From Podarcis tiliguerta (taxonomy: Eukaryota), in NCBI GenBank assembly GCA_965153285.1, contig OZ229121.1: a stretch of DNA of 64,000 nucleotides; one strand, written 5' to 3'. The notes under the pieces were generated by a model. That model ran no database searches and was not told where the DNA came from. It saw only the letters and a program-made list of their open reading frames with translations. Of the stretch, positions 1-13,152 are shown one piece after another. The first letter of the stretch is position 1, and each line of letters starts with the position of its first letter. The translations under genes were made by a program, and so were the position numbers.

Positions 1-4
1 CTCT

Positions 5-70
<66 letters not shown>
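1..70. repeat. Compound microsatellite (CT)n(GT)n(GA)n
   Basis: Directly visible dinucleotide runs. Confidence 0.95.
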
Positions 71-74
<4 letters not shown>

Positions 75-1530
75 AATGAGTTCCAACAAGGAGACACCCA
101 GGTCAGGAGAAAAGTTACAGGCAAGTTGCAACTTTTCTGCTCCTGTGTCATATATTAAATTGAACCAGTAATGACTCATCCAATCCTTGCTAATCCTCCC
201 TACTGCAAGATAGGTGCATGTAGAAAATTAATGAATAATCTTTTAAATCTTTAGGGCATTTTTGTGTAAGATCAGTTATATAAAAACTCTTTTAGGTTAA
301 TATACCCTTGGTTATAATATATGACGAGTTTTAAAAAGTTCATATTGTACCAAAAGATTTAAACAGTTCTGTGATTCTGTGATTCTGTGATTCTGTGACT
401 TTATTTTTTTAAAAGGCCACCCACCTTTCAGGGGGCTTTTTTGTATGAAAAACCAAAATCACTATCATTATGTGTTAAAGAAATCCATGATGGGAGATGC
501 CAGATGGTTCTTCTTGATGATTGATTTAGTAAGCCTATAATCATCTATTTTTTCCCCATTTTGAAAGATCCTAAGAAGAGATTTCATACATACAACTGTC
601 AGCTGGTAGGGGGAGGGCCCCTGAGTGGCCAAAACCAAGCATACAAAAAGATCAAAGGAAGGATGATTAATCACATGACTTTCCTGTTAATTTTTTTTGT
701 TAGTAAACATTCAAAAGTCTGGCACGGTTTCCATTGCTAGGCACAAGATGATCCTAAGAGTGTTCAACAATAAACACCATTGCTACTTTCAATTCAACTT
801 TTAAGTACTCTTACAGCCATGTTCTACATATTGTTACAGCTCTGGGGTTACAGAGTTTGGGGGCGCAAAGGCACTCATAAGTGCTAGAATTAATGAATGG
901 TATAATTTAGATAATATTTGCAGTATTGAAGGGAAGATACCAGGGCCTCACTTGGGATGGAAGTTGTTAAGAAGGACAAAGGATACTGGAAGCAAGCTAT
1001 TAATTAGCACATCATGATTTGCATATTATGTTTGTGCTTGTAGCTGAAATCTTACATGAGCTTGAAATCCCTTTCCAGTTCCTCTGCAACTTGTTTTCTT
1101 AATACCTTGTGAGATCAAGTGGTTCTCTTCTGTCCATTTACCATTGGTCTGGTCCCAAACCTGGAATAAGAATTAGTACTGCCAACTGAACTTCCTCCTC
1201 TTGCTTTCTCTTAAGGCACTTTCCATATATATTGGGAGCCAAATGCCTGTCCAATTACCAGCTTCCTGACATGTGCATGTTAGTTGCTGTTTATTTTATT
1301 GCATGTATATCTTACATTTCTTCCAAGGAACTCAAGGAAGCATGGAAACTGTTGGCTCTTAAAATCAAAAAGTTGGCAGGACACCTTTTAAAGTGATCCC
1401 AAATGAGAACGAAAAGGAACACAACTTTGGCAAGAGAAGGCAAGCAGACAATAAGGAATTTTTAAAAAGGCTCAGAGAACATACGGATGAAAACAGTACG
1501 ACCAACAATAACAATCCTTTAAATATATTA

Positions 1531-1692
1531 CAGTGGTACCTCGGGGTACATATGCTTCAGGTTATACGTGCTCCAGTGGCGCGGCAGCAGCAGGAGGCCT
1601 CATTAGCTAAAGTGGTGTTTCAGGTTAAGAACAGTTTCAGGTTAAGAATGGACCTCCGGAACGAATTAAGTACTTAACCCGAGGTACTACTG
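1531..1692 (-). mobile_element. Tc1/mariner(Tigger)-type MITE, internally deleted copy of the element at 44701-44942
   Basis: TIR cagtggtacctcgg / ccgaggtactactg, TA target duplications; reverse complement aligns with 44701-44942 minus ~80 bp. Confidence 0.85.
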
Positions 1693-1839
1693 TATTAGTA
1701 GGAGCTCAGCAGCAGAGGCAGTTGGATGACAGTAGAATTAAAAGTGTGCTAAAGGAAGAAAAGGAGATTGCAGAGAAATGAAATTATTTGCATTTGTTTT
1801 CATTGTGGAAAACAGGGCAGAAGCCTGTGCCTCAACTGA

Positions 1840-2330
1840 TGTATCTGGAAGGAAATCTGAAAGACTTAGGCAAATAGTGGTGATGAGAGATGCCTTATTG
1901 ATAACTCAAAACTAAAAATTCACCAGTTCTAGATGGTATCTACCCAACAGTTCTTAAATAACTCAGATGTAAAATTTTCGATCTTCTAACCAATATATAT
2001 ATAACTTGTTCCTGAGATTTACATCCATACTTGAATATTAGAAAGTGGTCAATGTAACACAAATTCTTCAAAAGAGATCTGGGAGACGGGTGGGAATTCA
2101 GGAAATCACAGGCTACTTACATTAACAAGTGTTCTGGGGAAACTGGTTGGAACCATGATTAAATATATAAATTGCCAAGCAAATAGAAGAACAAGTATTG
2201 CCGAAGAACAGTGGAACGTCCTGTGTTCATGTCCTTGTGGGCTTTCAGTAGGGATCTGGTTTGCCTCCATGATAACAGGAGGACTAGATAGGCTGACCCA
2301 ATAGGGTTCTTCTTAGGTTCTTATGCATAT
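1840..2330 (+). mobile_element. Decayed CR1 LINE ORF2 fragment plus 3' end remnant
   Basis: Degenerate RT-region motifs (KSPGPDGIHPRVLKEL-like, WKVANVTPIFKKG-like, GNYRPVSLTSVPGKLVE-like) with stops/frameshifts; boundaries approximate. Confidence 0.6.
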
Positions 2331-2539
2331 GATAATCCCCTCTCTACTTTGTCCTCACACAAACCCTTTGGGTTAGGGTAAGGCTGGGGGATGGTGACAG
2401 GCACAAGGTCACCAGCAAGCTTGATGGCTGAGTGTGAATTTGAACCTTGGTTTCTGCAGCCCTGGTATGACATTGTAACTACTGCATGACTTGTGTGTCT
2501 TCTTGGAGGTTTGCCTTGATCCGTCATTGCCACTGAAGG

Positions 2540-3130
2540 TCCAGGTGGCTTTGGTGGCTAGGAACATCTTCTACCAGCTACTGGTTGATCAGCTACAGCT
2601 GTTCCTGGGCAGGGATAATTTCCCTGCAGTGATTGACATGCTGGTAATCTGAATTGATTAATGAGACAGTTCGATTTCTATGAATATTATGGCAAAGAGG
2701 GTCCAGGAGCCACAACTTGTGCAGAATGCAGCTACTTGGTTACTGAGTGGATTCAATTATCAAGACAGTCCTGAAAGTGCTGCATTGGCTGCCAGTGTTC
2801 CACTAGGTATTTGTGATGGCTTATAAAGCTAGAAATAGCTTGCATCTATAGGTACTTAGAGACCTTCTTCCATACCAACCAGCCTCTTGAGTTAAGATAA
2901 TGAGGAAGGCTTGTTAGTGGCTCCATATGGGAATGGCATCTGTTGTGCAGTAACCAGTGAAAGGGTCTTCTCTGCCATGGTACCCCAATTGTAGAATACC
3001 ACCCTATTCCAACAGGTTTGACATCTACACTGTTAGGCTTCCCCCAGCAGCCTGAAACATAACTCTTAACCCAGGCACTCTGTATTTGGTTTTCTGTGGA
3101 TTTGTTATTTGCTATGCTAGTTTCTACAAT
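2540..3130 (+). mobile_element. Decayed L2/CR1-clade LINE 3' region
   Basis: Degenerate 'VARSAFYQL..QL.PFL', 'LQLVQNAAA', 'LHWLPV' like coding remnants; boundaries approximate. Confidence 0.5.
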
Positions 3131-4099
3131 TTCTACCCTGTGTGCATTTGTATTGTGGCAAAATATGCATACATATACACACACACATACATATATGTGT
3201 GTGTTTCATTGTGTCCCATCCCAAAATATTTGGGAAGAAGGGTATGTTAGAAACACAAATGGATTGCTTGTAATTGACCAGTAAGGGTCAATTTAAGAAA
3301 TCTCTGATCAGTCTCTTTCCTTCAATGATTTGTCTTCAGATTTTTCCTAGAGAGTTGCTGGCATGGTTAAAATGACACACAGTGTATTCCAAGTCTTCTT
3401 GAACCTTAACAGTTTCAGATGTTGAACAAGTCATATGTGCTAGATACCCTCATGCCATCAAGCTGAAATGGAATGAGTGGACAATATAGCTTTCGTTATC
3501 AAAGTGCCAACAACCATAAATCTGCATGCAGTTATAAAACAATTGTATGAGGATGGTGTGTGCAGTCCATAACTTGATATGATAGTGCTGAGCTCTTGCA
3601 TTTCAGAAATGAAAGAACAAGCCTTTGAGAAATATAATTTACATTGGGGATTGCCTTTCCCACACATTTCAGACAACATGTCTTCACAGAATCATAGAAT
3701 TGTAGAGATGGAGGGGATGAGGGTCATCTACTCTGCTCCCCTGCATTGCAAGAATCTTTTGACCAAATGTGGAGCTCGAACCCACAACCCTGAGATTAAG
3801 AGTCTACAGGCTTGCCTGTATCTTTGGGGTGACACTGCTTCTTTACCAAATAGCTGTATGTTGAAATCTGAAATTGTATTTACCCTTTTTGCTACCTGTT
3901 TGGGAAAGTGTGGTGTAGTGATCACTGGGGTTGAAAGCTCATTTCTTTGCCCATCGCATGGTGGCTGGGCTGGCAAATTGCTCTCTACATGTCGTGGAGT
4001 TAGGCGGTGCCGAATTTGTATAAAGTAGGGACATTGTTTCTGTTGCTGGGTCCCTGGAATTATCCGATGTATTCCAGTAATCCGGACTGAGCCTCATTA

Positions 4100-5560
4100 T
4101 TCTGTGAAACGTGGGGCTGCGGACAGGGCACGGATGAGATTCGTCACTTGCATAGGCGTCCCGACCGACGGGCACAAAGCAGCAGGCGATCGAAAGGACG
4201 GAGACCTTCACCTCCTCTGACCTCCGAGGAACTCGATTGTAGTCTTTATTGTCAATCAGTCGATGACGGCACCAACGAAATCCCGCCCCTCGAGCTTTAT
4301 CTCGGACCGCGCGCCTGTCATCTCACACCTCAGCTCTCTTCGGCGCGGGGTTGCGCCACCCCTTTGGGAAAGGACTAAAAAGGCGGGACTTGTTGCATTC
4401 CCCGCCCTCCCGAAGAGCGTCTATTGGCGTCGTAGATGGCTGCGGCGTCGCGATTGGTTTTGCTTGTCGAGCCACTCAGAAATCGGATTCGCTGGGCGGT
4501 GCGGGCATCTGCCGTGCTCTGTGCCCCCCTCCGCGTCAAGGCAGCCAGCTAGTCAGTCAGTCAGTCAGTCTTTCTTTCTCCTTCCTGCACTTTTGATGGT
4601 CCTCCAAAGCGAGTAGCGTTTTGAGCGGCGAAGCGGGGCATCGCTCCCGCGAGGGGTGAGCGGCGTCGGAGAGGCGCTTGAGGGTGGACGACGGGTGAGC
4701 CTGGGCAGCGGGCGCTCGCTCGCGCTGAGGGAACTTTTGGTTTCCCCTCTTTCTTTCTTTCCTTCCTTTCCTCCCTTGTCCCCCGCCCCCGCCCCGAAAA
4801 GAGAAAAGGAAAGAATTTGAACGTCGACTGGTTCTTTTTCCGTTGGAAAAAGGAGCGTTGGAACGGTTGGAAGGAGCGGGCAGTTCAGTTAACGGCTCGT
4901 CGGCATGGAGTGCGGGGGGCTTCCTTTCTCCTCGCGAGGTCGCAGGTTTGAACCACTCCCCCTCCTCCTCGAGGCAGACCCCCGAACGCCCCCTTCTTCT
5001 CCTCTCCTTCCCCCTTTCTTTTTTTGGGAAAGGCGGGCAGGAGCGGGAGAGAGGAGCGCGAGGGAGCCGGCCGCCGCCCTCTGGTCTCGACCTGAGGGGA
5101 CAACGGGGGAAGCGCCGGCAACGGAGTGGGCGGCGGCGGGTCGCTGTGAGAAACGAGGGGGAGGCCGCTTGGCATCTGGCGCCCCTCGATCTTGCTCGGG
5201 ACTGTGGGAGGCGGCGGGTATCCGTCCCGTGGCGGGGCGCGACGCCCGCTGGCTGCGGTCAAGGAGGGGGGGGGGTCGGCTGGGGATAGTTGGCTCTTCG
5301 CGCCTCCAGGACTGTCCTCGGAGCTCTGCCTGCAATCCGCTCCTTTAATGACTCGAGAGGGAGCCCTATTAATATCAACGGGGCTGATCTCCGCGTAAAC
5401 AAGCCGAGGATGGCGGGGCATGCCAGGGTCAACGTGCAGCTCCGCCGCCGCCGCCTCCTTTTGCCCTGCACATTCCAGAGGGTGTTAGCTGTGCTCGAGC
5501 GAGAACAAAAAGGATTCTCGTGGCGCCTTGGAAGGCTGCCGGATAAAGTGGGGCTTTAAG
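4100..5560 (+). promoter_or_regulatory. FAM126A: CpG island / promoter and non-coding exon 1 of FAM126A
   Basis: Dense CpG; GC boxes (~4282, 4382, 4401), ATTGG boxes (~4423, 4453); candidate donors G|GTGAGC at 4656 and 4695; no coding exon until 16447. Confidence 0.8.
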
Positions 5561-8500
5561 ACCACGAGCACTTTGCACCGAAACACACCCTTTAAGGTGC
5601 CAGCCACAATACTGTACTCTTTTGTTGCTGCTGCTGTCTTTTTTTTGCCGTTTCCACGCAGAGGCAACTGGGGGGGGGGGACCAGTGTCCTCAGAACTTC
5701 CAGAGCGGGTGGCTGAGTTAGTCTGTTGCAGCAAAAACAATAACCCCAATCCCAACAGTCTTGTGGCACTTTGAAGACGGGCACGTTTATTGTAGAATAA
5801 GCTTTTGCGGAAGAGAGCCCACTTCCTCTACTGCTTGAAGGGTTATCCTTAGCTGGCATATCTAAATGGGGTTGCAGAAGAAGAAGGGTGTGATCATCGA
5901 GGTAGTTTTACAGTGCTTTGCCCTCACAGAATCCATGCAGCCCCAAAGTAGTGAGGTGGGTGTAGATTTGGTTGATGGTATATTTGGTTATTAAGGAAAA
6001 AAATGAAAGAGTTTTAGTATATAGGCAGTGAAAGCTAGCTGGCACTGAGGACATCTTCATTCGAAAGTTAAATTGTCTGCAACTTGCTGTTTTGCCAAGG
6101 AGGCTTAACAAAAACTGTGGAAATAACCACAAGGGTATTTTTCAAAGGCCAATTATTAATAAAGTGGATAACTGTATATGCATGCTGTAGAAATACGTTC
6201 TATCTACCTTGTAATGGGACAGCATTCAGTAACAGTAAGACACAAGTTGCACTGCTGCCATACCATCTATTTCATCACCATTAACAGACATTCTTGCTCT
6301 GACTGTCCCTATAGTTTTCACTAATATATTTGCTTTCATCTTACTTTGCTTTTAGGGGTCACTGCCATGCATCTCAAAATCTTGCTATAAAAAGGAAAGT
6401 GTTTCTTTCCTGTCAGAACTTGACTTCTCAAATAATATTGGAAATTGTGCTCAATAACTCTTATTTTTATTTAAGTACTTAAAACTTTACATGCTTTTTG
6501 AAGATCTTAACTTAAAATCTGATGTTGCTGTCTTCTGATTAGATAGGCTACCTTTCTGTAATCCTTTTATTACATTTAAATCTGCTTAAGTCTGTTGTGA
6601 TTGAAGGTAGCTGCGGAGTTGAAATCATTTGTCTCCATAGATTTTTTTTCAATCTGCTTAACAGGTTCAGGCACATATTTAGTGTTGCAATTTTTAAACC
6701 TCTAACACAAACCTTTAAACCTCTGATGCAGAAATTAGTGTGTTTTGTGTCTCCTTGTGCAATCTTGAAAATATGAATGCTTGCCCTGTGAATGCATTGT
6801 AGGGAATTTACACATCAAAAATGCAAATTGTTAATGCAGGCATGGGGATTTCTGCATTAAAATTTATATTGACTATGCAGATGAAATATATTTTGACACT
6901 CATTAAAAGGGTAGAGTGGACAGACAGAATATAGTTATTTTAATGGCTGCTTGTTTTGGCACTCAAACTGCATATTCACTTGACACGCAGTCCAGACACA
7001 CACAGAAAATGAAACAGCATTTATTGAGTACATTTCATTGAAGTAGATTTCACTATGATGTTGGCTATTTGCCTAATAGTAACTGATCATGGTAGCCCTC
7101 TTACATACAAGGGGTTACTATAAATGGACCCTTTGAAGTTATTATTTTTTTCAAAGTCAGTGCAGTATTCCTTACAGAGAATAAGCTTATGTAGAATAAG
7201 CTTGACTATATTTTAGAGTTACATGGGTAGCTCCTGCTTATCTGTTGCCTCTGGTACATATATTCCCACTGTGCAGTGGAGGAATTACTAATTACATTTT
7301 CATTCCACCTTTTTTCCAAAGTGCTCGGGAGTGATGTGCATCAGGGATTGCCAGCATGGTGCCCACAGGCACCAATATGCCTATCCATCAGTGCCCCCCA
7401 ATATACATAGTTATCCCTCTCCCATTTTGTCCAACAAGTTCAGTGGGAGAGAATTATTTCTTGTAGCTTTGTAGATGAGTCATCGTTTAAAGCTGGGTCT
7501 CCCTGTCCTTACCATGGCACCCACATTATTGTACCATGCAATTTAAAAATAATTTAAAAAAAAACTTGAGGGAATGCCCTCAGAGTCTTTGGGAATGGAA
7601 TGCCTTTACAGTCCTCATAGTAACCAAGTATGTTTTTAAAGATCATGGCACAATGTAAGGTAGGTCATATGAGACACCCCAGGGAATAAATATCCACCAA
7701 TCCTGATGTAATTACCATATTTGAATACTAAAATTAATGCCTTTTTTTTTTAGTGGCAAAAGGACCTATACAGTCTCCGATTGCCACCAGCTGCAAAGTC
7801 AAAAGCACCAAAACTACTCTAGAAACAAAATATTGTATAGATGCATCTACAAATGTGCCCATAGTATCACTGGAAACTCCAACACCACCACTTATTATCA
7901 CATAATTGCACAGATGTAATGCCCAACATTAGTAGCACCCATCAGCATAGGGTGCTTGTTGTACAAATGCTATTATAATTGTGCCTTGCCAAGTCCACTT
8001 GGTCTCATGCACAGCGCACAAACATACTGTCTGGAAGTGTCCAGATTGCCTCCCTTGTCAGAAGCCACCATGGTTTAATGGGCAGGTGGGCAGCAACTGA
8101 CCTTTGTAGTTACCAAGTCCTAGAAATTTAATAAATAATACTAACAACAACTGACATTTGTAGTCAACAAGCTTTCTGAGTCATTCGCTCAAACGGGTTG
8201 AAATTGTCAAATGGAGCCAGCAACAGGAAAGGGTTGCAGCAGCTAAAAACAACACCTTTGCCATGGAAAAAGCCACAGCCAGAGAGAAGGAAGGAGCTCC
8301 TAACTGCAAGAGATAGTTAGATATGTAGGTCAGTGGGTAGGTGGAGATATGAAAGCTATAGTTCCCTTTCAGAATTCTGCTGTGGGACCACTGATCACAA
8401 AGAATGTTGAGACCATTGCATATGAAAAATCATTTGGAGTGTATTCAGTTGGAAGGAATAGTATTTTATTGGCTAAATTTTTTAAAAAACTTTTTTCCTG

Positions 8501-9651
8501 ACTATGGCTTGGCAGGGAAAAGTGTGAGAAGAAATTCATAGGCTTTTGCATTGTGTGTGTGTGGCACACTTTCACTTTTTTCTAGAACTGTAGCCCTATG
8601 GGTTTGTGGTACTAAAAGAAATTATTTTCTGTATACAGTACTTATTTGAAAGTCATCCCATGAAACCCAGTAGGGTTTAGTCCTGAATAGACCTGCATAG
8701 GACTAGAAATTCTGTCTCCGGCTCCACCCACCACTATCCCTGCCAACAGATTTTCCTAAGGGAATGTTGCTTTTTAAAGAAAAAAATTGCCCACACCTGT
8801 GAAACACCATCAAGGGCTGGTGCTAAAGAAGAATCCCTAGGGAACTTAGCATCCCTCTTAAAATTTATGTTCCCCTACCAGTGTGTCCCTGTTCTGCCTT
8901 CTCTTTCCCCTCTATCTCTTGTCTGTCCCCAGCAGTCTCTTCCAGAGCAAGGATGTTGCTACTGTAGTGGTTATTTTGATTCTTCTACTTGGTTTAGGAT
9001 TTGAGAGTGATCCTATCTTTGCCCAATAGGCATAATGCAGTCCTGTAATCTCTTTATTCACTGTAGTATGTGAAGACAGTTCTTAATGCATCCCCAAAAC
9101 CCATTGTGTCCTATGTATTTCACTGGAGTGTGTTTAAATAGTTTGTAATGTTTATTGCTGCAAACTTTATGATGCCACACAAGAGACCCAAGTTAAACAA
9201 TATTTGTACAACTCTTGCAACTCTTACTATAGCTGATCTTGAAATAGCTACTGTCCTACTGTTTCTGTTCTCTGTTCTCCAGAGTTACCTTCCTACTGAC
9301 ACCAGCTCACGGAGGATGGGGCCTGCTATCATTTTACTGCTTGTAAAACTAACAGTATACGTTAAAGCAGTGACTTTGGCTGTATTTATACAGATTATTT
9401 TGTTTGTTTTGAACACTGTTTAATTTCTTTTATTGGTCCTGAAAGTTGACTCTTTAAAAGAAACATTTGACAATGGCGTATATAATATATGTGGTTTATT
9501 TTCCTTCTCTGTCTTTTTGTGGATTAAAACAAAATAAAATTGCTTTCAGGAAGACTCACCAGGGAGGTTTAAATACCGCACAGGAGAACTTTGCAGGGTT
9601 GCTTTTGGAAAACAGACCATAATGTTGCTGTAATTAGTTTGCTTGGCTCTA

Positions 9652-9895
9652 CATTCATACCTCGGGTTGAAGTAGCTTCAGGTTGAGCCTTTTCGGGTTG
9701 TGCTTTGTGGTGACCCGGAAGTAACGGAACACGTTACTTCCGGGTTTCGCCGCTTGTGCATGCGCAGACGCTCAAAATGACATCACACGCATGCGCAGAA
9801 GCGTCAAATCGTGACCCGCAGACGTGGGTTGCATTCGCTTCAGGATGTGAACAGGGCTCCGGAACGGATCCTGTTCGCATCCAGAAGTTCTACTG
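9652..9895. mobile_element. Tc1/mariner-type MITE with internal palindrome
   Basis: Degenerate TIRs (ca..tacctcggg / ccagaagttctactg) with flanking TA; CpG-rich interior in AT-rich intron. Confidence 0.7.
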
Positions 9896-11172
9896 TATAT
9901 TGCAGTCTTCAGTCATGCTTTGATCCTGCACTGAATTCTTCATGAAAAGGACATACAGGTTTTGCTAATTCAGTATAGTCTTAAATACACAACCAGAATA
10001 TTACATGCAAGTTTTTTCTCTATATTTATTATCTTAAAGCTTTAATCGGCTATTGTATTTAGTATTGTACATGCATGCCACAAATAATCCTTTAGTTATC
10101 AGTGGCATTTTTTTTTCTATGTAAGACTCAAAATGATGTCATTTTTGGAGTTTGTATTCAAGAATTTTATTATGCATAGATCTCATAATTACTACTGGGA
10201 AGAGCAGAATTAAAGGAACAAACTTTCAATATTATAATTAAATTAACACTAAAGTCAGTTGTCAAACATTTGCTCTGCTAGAAGTAATTTACATTCTGTT
10301 CAAAGCAGAAATGTAAATAAAACTATATAAACATTATAAAGCTGTGTAAGAACATTTAATCTCTGTAGTGCAATGCAGCACATTTTATTGATATTTTAAA
10401 TATTTAATGTGGACAAAAACAGATTTGACATACATGATTCTTGTACCATATATTTGTGAGCTTTTGCTTTCACATGATATTGTATTCCTGGTGGCTCAGT
10501 TAAATGCTAGGGTTTGGTTTGCCAATTACATTTGCATAGTTGTTTCTGTACTACTTATCTTAAGTATGTACTAGTAAGGTCTTGTACAAACATACACGTA
10601 TGCGTGAAGGTTTCCTCAATGATGCCAAACTGCACTATGAGCCATGTGTATATATTAATGTAATGTTCACTGGTGTTGGTATACTATCCATAACTCATTT
10701 TAAAATTGTGGACGAAGAGCAGATGTAATAACGATTTCCTTAAGTTCTTGTAATGCATTATAGCTTTCAAAAGCATGTGATGCATATTTTCATTGTTTTT
10801 CTGTAGGAGGCTAATGTTTAATACCCTATTTAAAATTAAAAGTTTCTTTAAAAGTGCCTACGTTGATGCATTTCTATTTGTGGAGGACTGGACCAATCCT
10901 ATTTTCCCCTCCTGTAGCTGTTGAAGCTTAAGTTGGAGTGCATCCTGTGTGGTTGACCTGAGAGAAACTACTCTGCCTGATTACCTTTAAAAGCCAGAAG
11001 CAAGCTTGTTGCATTTTCTAGCTGGCATAGGGCTGTGTTGCAGAAACCTTGAGTATGGCTCAAGCTGATTGCTCTGTCATTTCTTTCCACTTCTTTGCAC
11101 GGTATTCCTGTGTTCTGTATAAGGATTTCCCTCCTGTGTTGAAATAGAAGCACTGATAGCACTAGGACCAAT

Positions 11173-11489
11173 CAGGGCCGGATTTAGGTTTGATGAGGCC
11201 CTAAGCTACTGAAGGTAATGGGGCCTATACGTCCAGCTGTCCTTTGTCAACAACAAATTGTCACTGTTTTTTGTGTTGAATATATGCTATATGGTAATTT
11301 ATGGACCTAGTAGGTAACTAAGGCCATTGGCTCATAACAGAATATGTATTTTATCAAAGTAATTGTTGGACTGAAATACAATTGGAAATGTACATCCAGG
11401 TTGTTTTTTCCTTTAATTTTTTTTTGGGCCCCCAAGAGAGTGGGGCCCTAAGCTATAGCTTGTTTAGCTTATACGTAAATCCAGCACTG
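11173..11489. mobile_element. hAT-family MITE
   Basis: TIR cagggccggattta / taaatccagcactg; 8-bp TSD ggaccaat / ggacgaat. Confidence 0.85.
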
Positions 11490-12914
11490 GGACGAATCTG
11501 AGTGCATGGGGAAATGAGGTATTTGGCCTTATAAATCCTGAGCTCAGTTCTGTTCTGTTATTTCTTCATGACAAGTTTGTAAATGACTGACAAACGTATG
11601 ATGAATGTTATTGTCTTGCAAATGACCAAGTAGAGAATATTTTCATTTTACTTTCAGGTTCACAAATGATGAAAGTTACAATCCGGTACACGTGTATTTG
11701 GATGTAAACCCCATTTAACTCAGTAGGTCTTTTGAGTTGACATGTATAGGATTGCGTTGGAGCACAGCTACATTTGGCCAAGTAGGTTACTAAGACTTTT
11801 TCTGGGTTGAATAAGTTGTGAATCTGGATGGTTCAATTTACTTCTAATATCTCTCATGGATAATTTGCCTTTCCTAAGCCATGTTACTCACAAAATATAG
11901 TTCTGATCTTTGCCTAATTGTCTAATGGAGCTTCAGAGTCCATTAGGAATACAGATAGTTATAGTCATAAGTGAAAATTGAATCAATAGAAGAACCTTTC
12001 AAACTAGATGTATGAGGGGAAATAGGCTTGATAATTCTTGAAAATGTATGCTGTAAATCGTACAAAATGACAGGGTGCTGACCACACCCAACTTCTGCTT
12101 TTTTGTTCTTGAATCAGCATTCTTAGGAGCTGTTTTATAAACAAGCCCTTTGTATGCCTCTGAAATGTGGTAACATTTAGATTATAAGCCTATTTTGCAA
12201 GCATATGAAGCAGTTGGCTTTCATATGTTTTCTTTGACTGTTCGTCACTATTTCAATGACAATAAAATGATAATTCTTGTGTTCTGTGATTGTTTGAGAG
12301 GACTAGAGTATTAAATCAGGGTGGAGTTGGAATAGGTTTTCTGAAACTGTTACAAGTTTGCTCATAGTTCAAGAATGTATGTGGTAAGATTCAAATCTCC
12401 GAAAAATGTCTCTTCAGTTTTGTGTTGCACCCTTTGAAAATTATCAGTTTTTCCTTTTTATACTAGTCATATCGTTTTTCTTACAATATTCAACAGTTGG
12501 TGAGAATCTTTACATAATTTCATAGTAATATTTAATATGTAAAACAGTGCTTCAAGATGAAGGTGAAAAGCTTTTCTCCCCTGCAGTATTTACTTTCCTT
12601 ATTACATTTAGCAAACTTCTAACCTAGTTAGGAGAATTATTGCCTATTTGCCGGCCAGTTTGAAACAACAGAACTGTTTTGGGAACTAAGCAGAGGTTAT
12701 ATGTCTCTTTCTTTTCCTTAAACCCTCCTTTTCCCACTGTTGCACCTCATTATCACCTATGTAGTCTTGTGTAAGACTGTTGGTGATTGACTCCTCCCAA
12801 GAATCATGGAAGACTGCAAGTGGTCTTAAATTTTCAAAATAAACTTTACTATAAAGATTCAAATGACTGAAACATTCACGCAGCGCTTAAACTATAGAAC
12901 TTGCTGCTATAGCA

Positions 12915-13152
12915 GGCAGTGATGGCCACCAACCTAGATAGCTTTAAAAGAGTGTTGAACAGGTTCATGGAGAAGACCATCAATGGCTTCTAGCCATGAT
13001 GGCTATGCTATGCCTCCACAGCTTGAGGTTTCCAAATACCAGGTACTGGAGACTGCAGGAGGGAAGAATACTCTTGTGCTCAGACTCTGCTTGAAAATTC
13101 CCCTTAGGCATCTGGTTGGCAAGTGTGAAAACAGGATGCTGGACTAGATGGA
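12915..13152 (+). mobile_element. CR1 LINE 3' end fragment
   Basis: Typical CR1 3' sequence ending ...aacaggatgctggactagatgg, also seen at ~47480-47655 and ~53640-53848. Confidence 0.6.

Noticed and set aside
4148-5859. Many overlapping 60-180 aa ORFs on both strands
   Set aside because: GC-rich CpG island lacking stop codons; low-complexity translations with no recognisable homology
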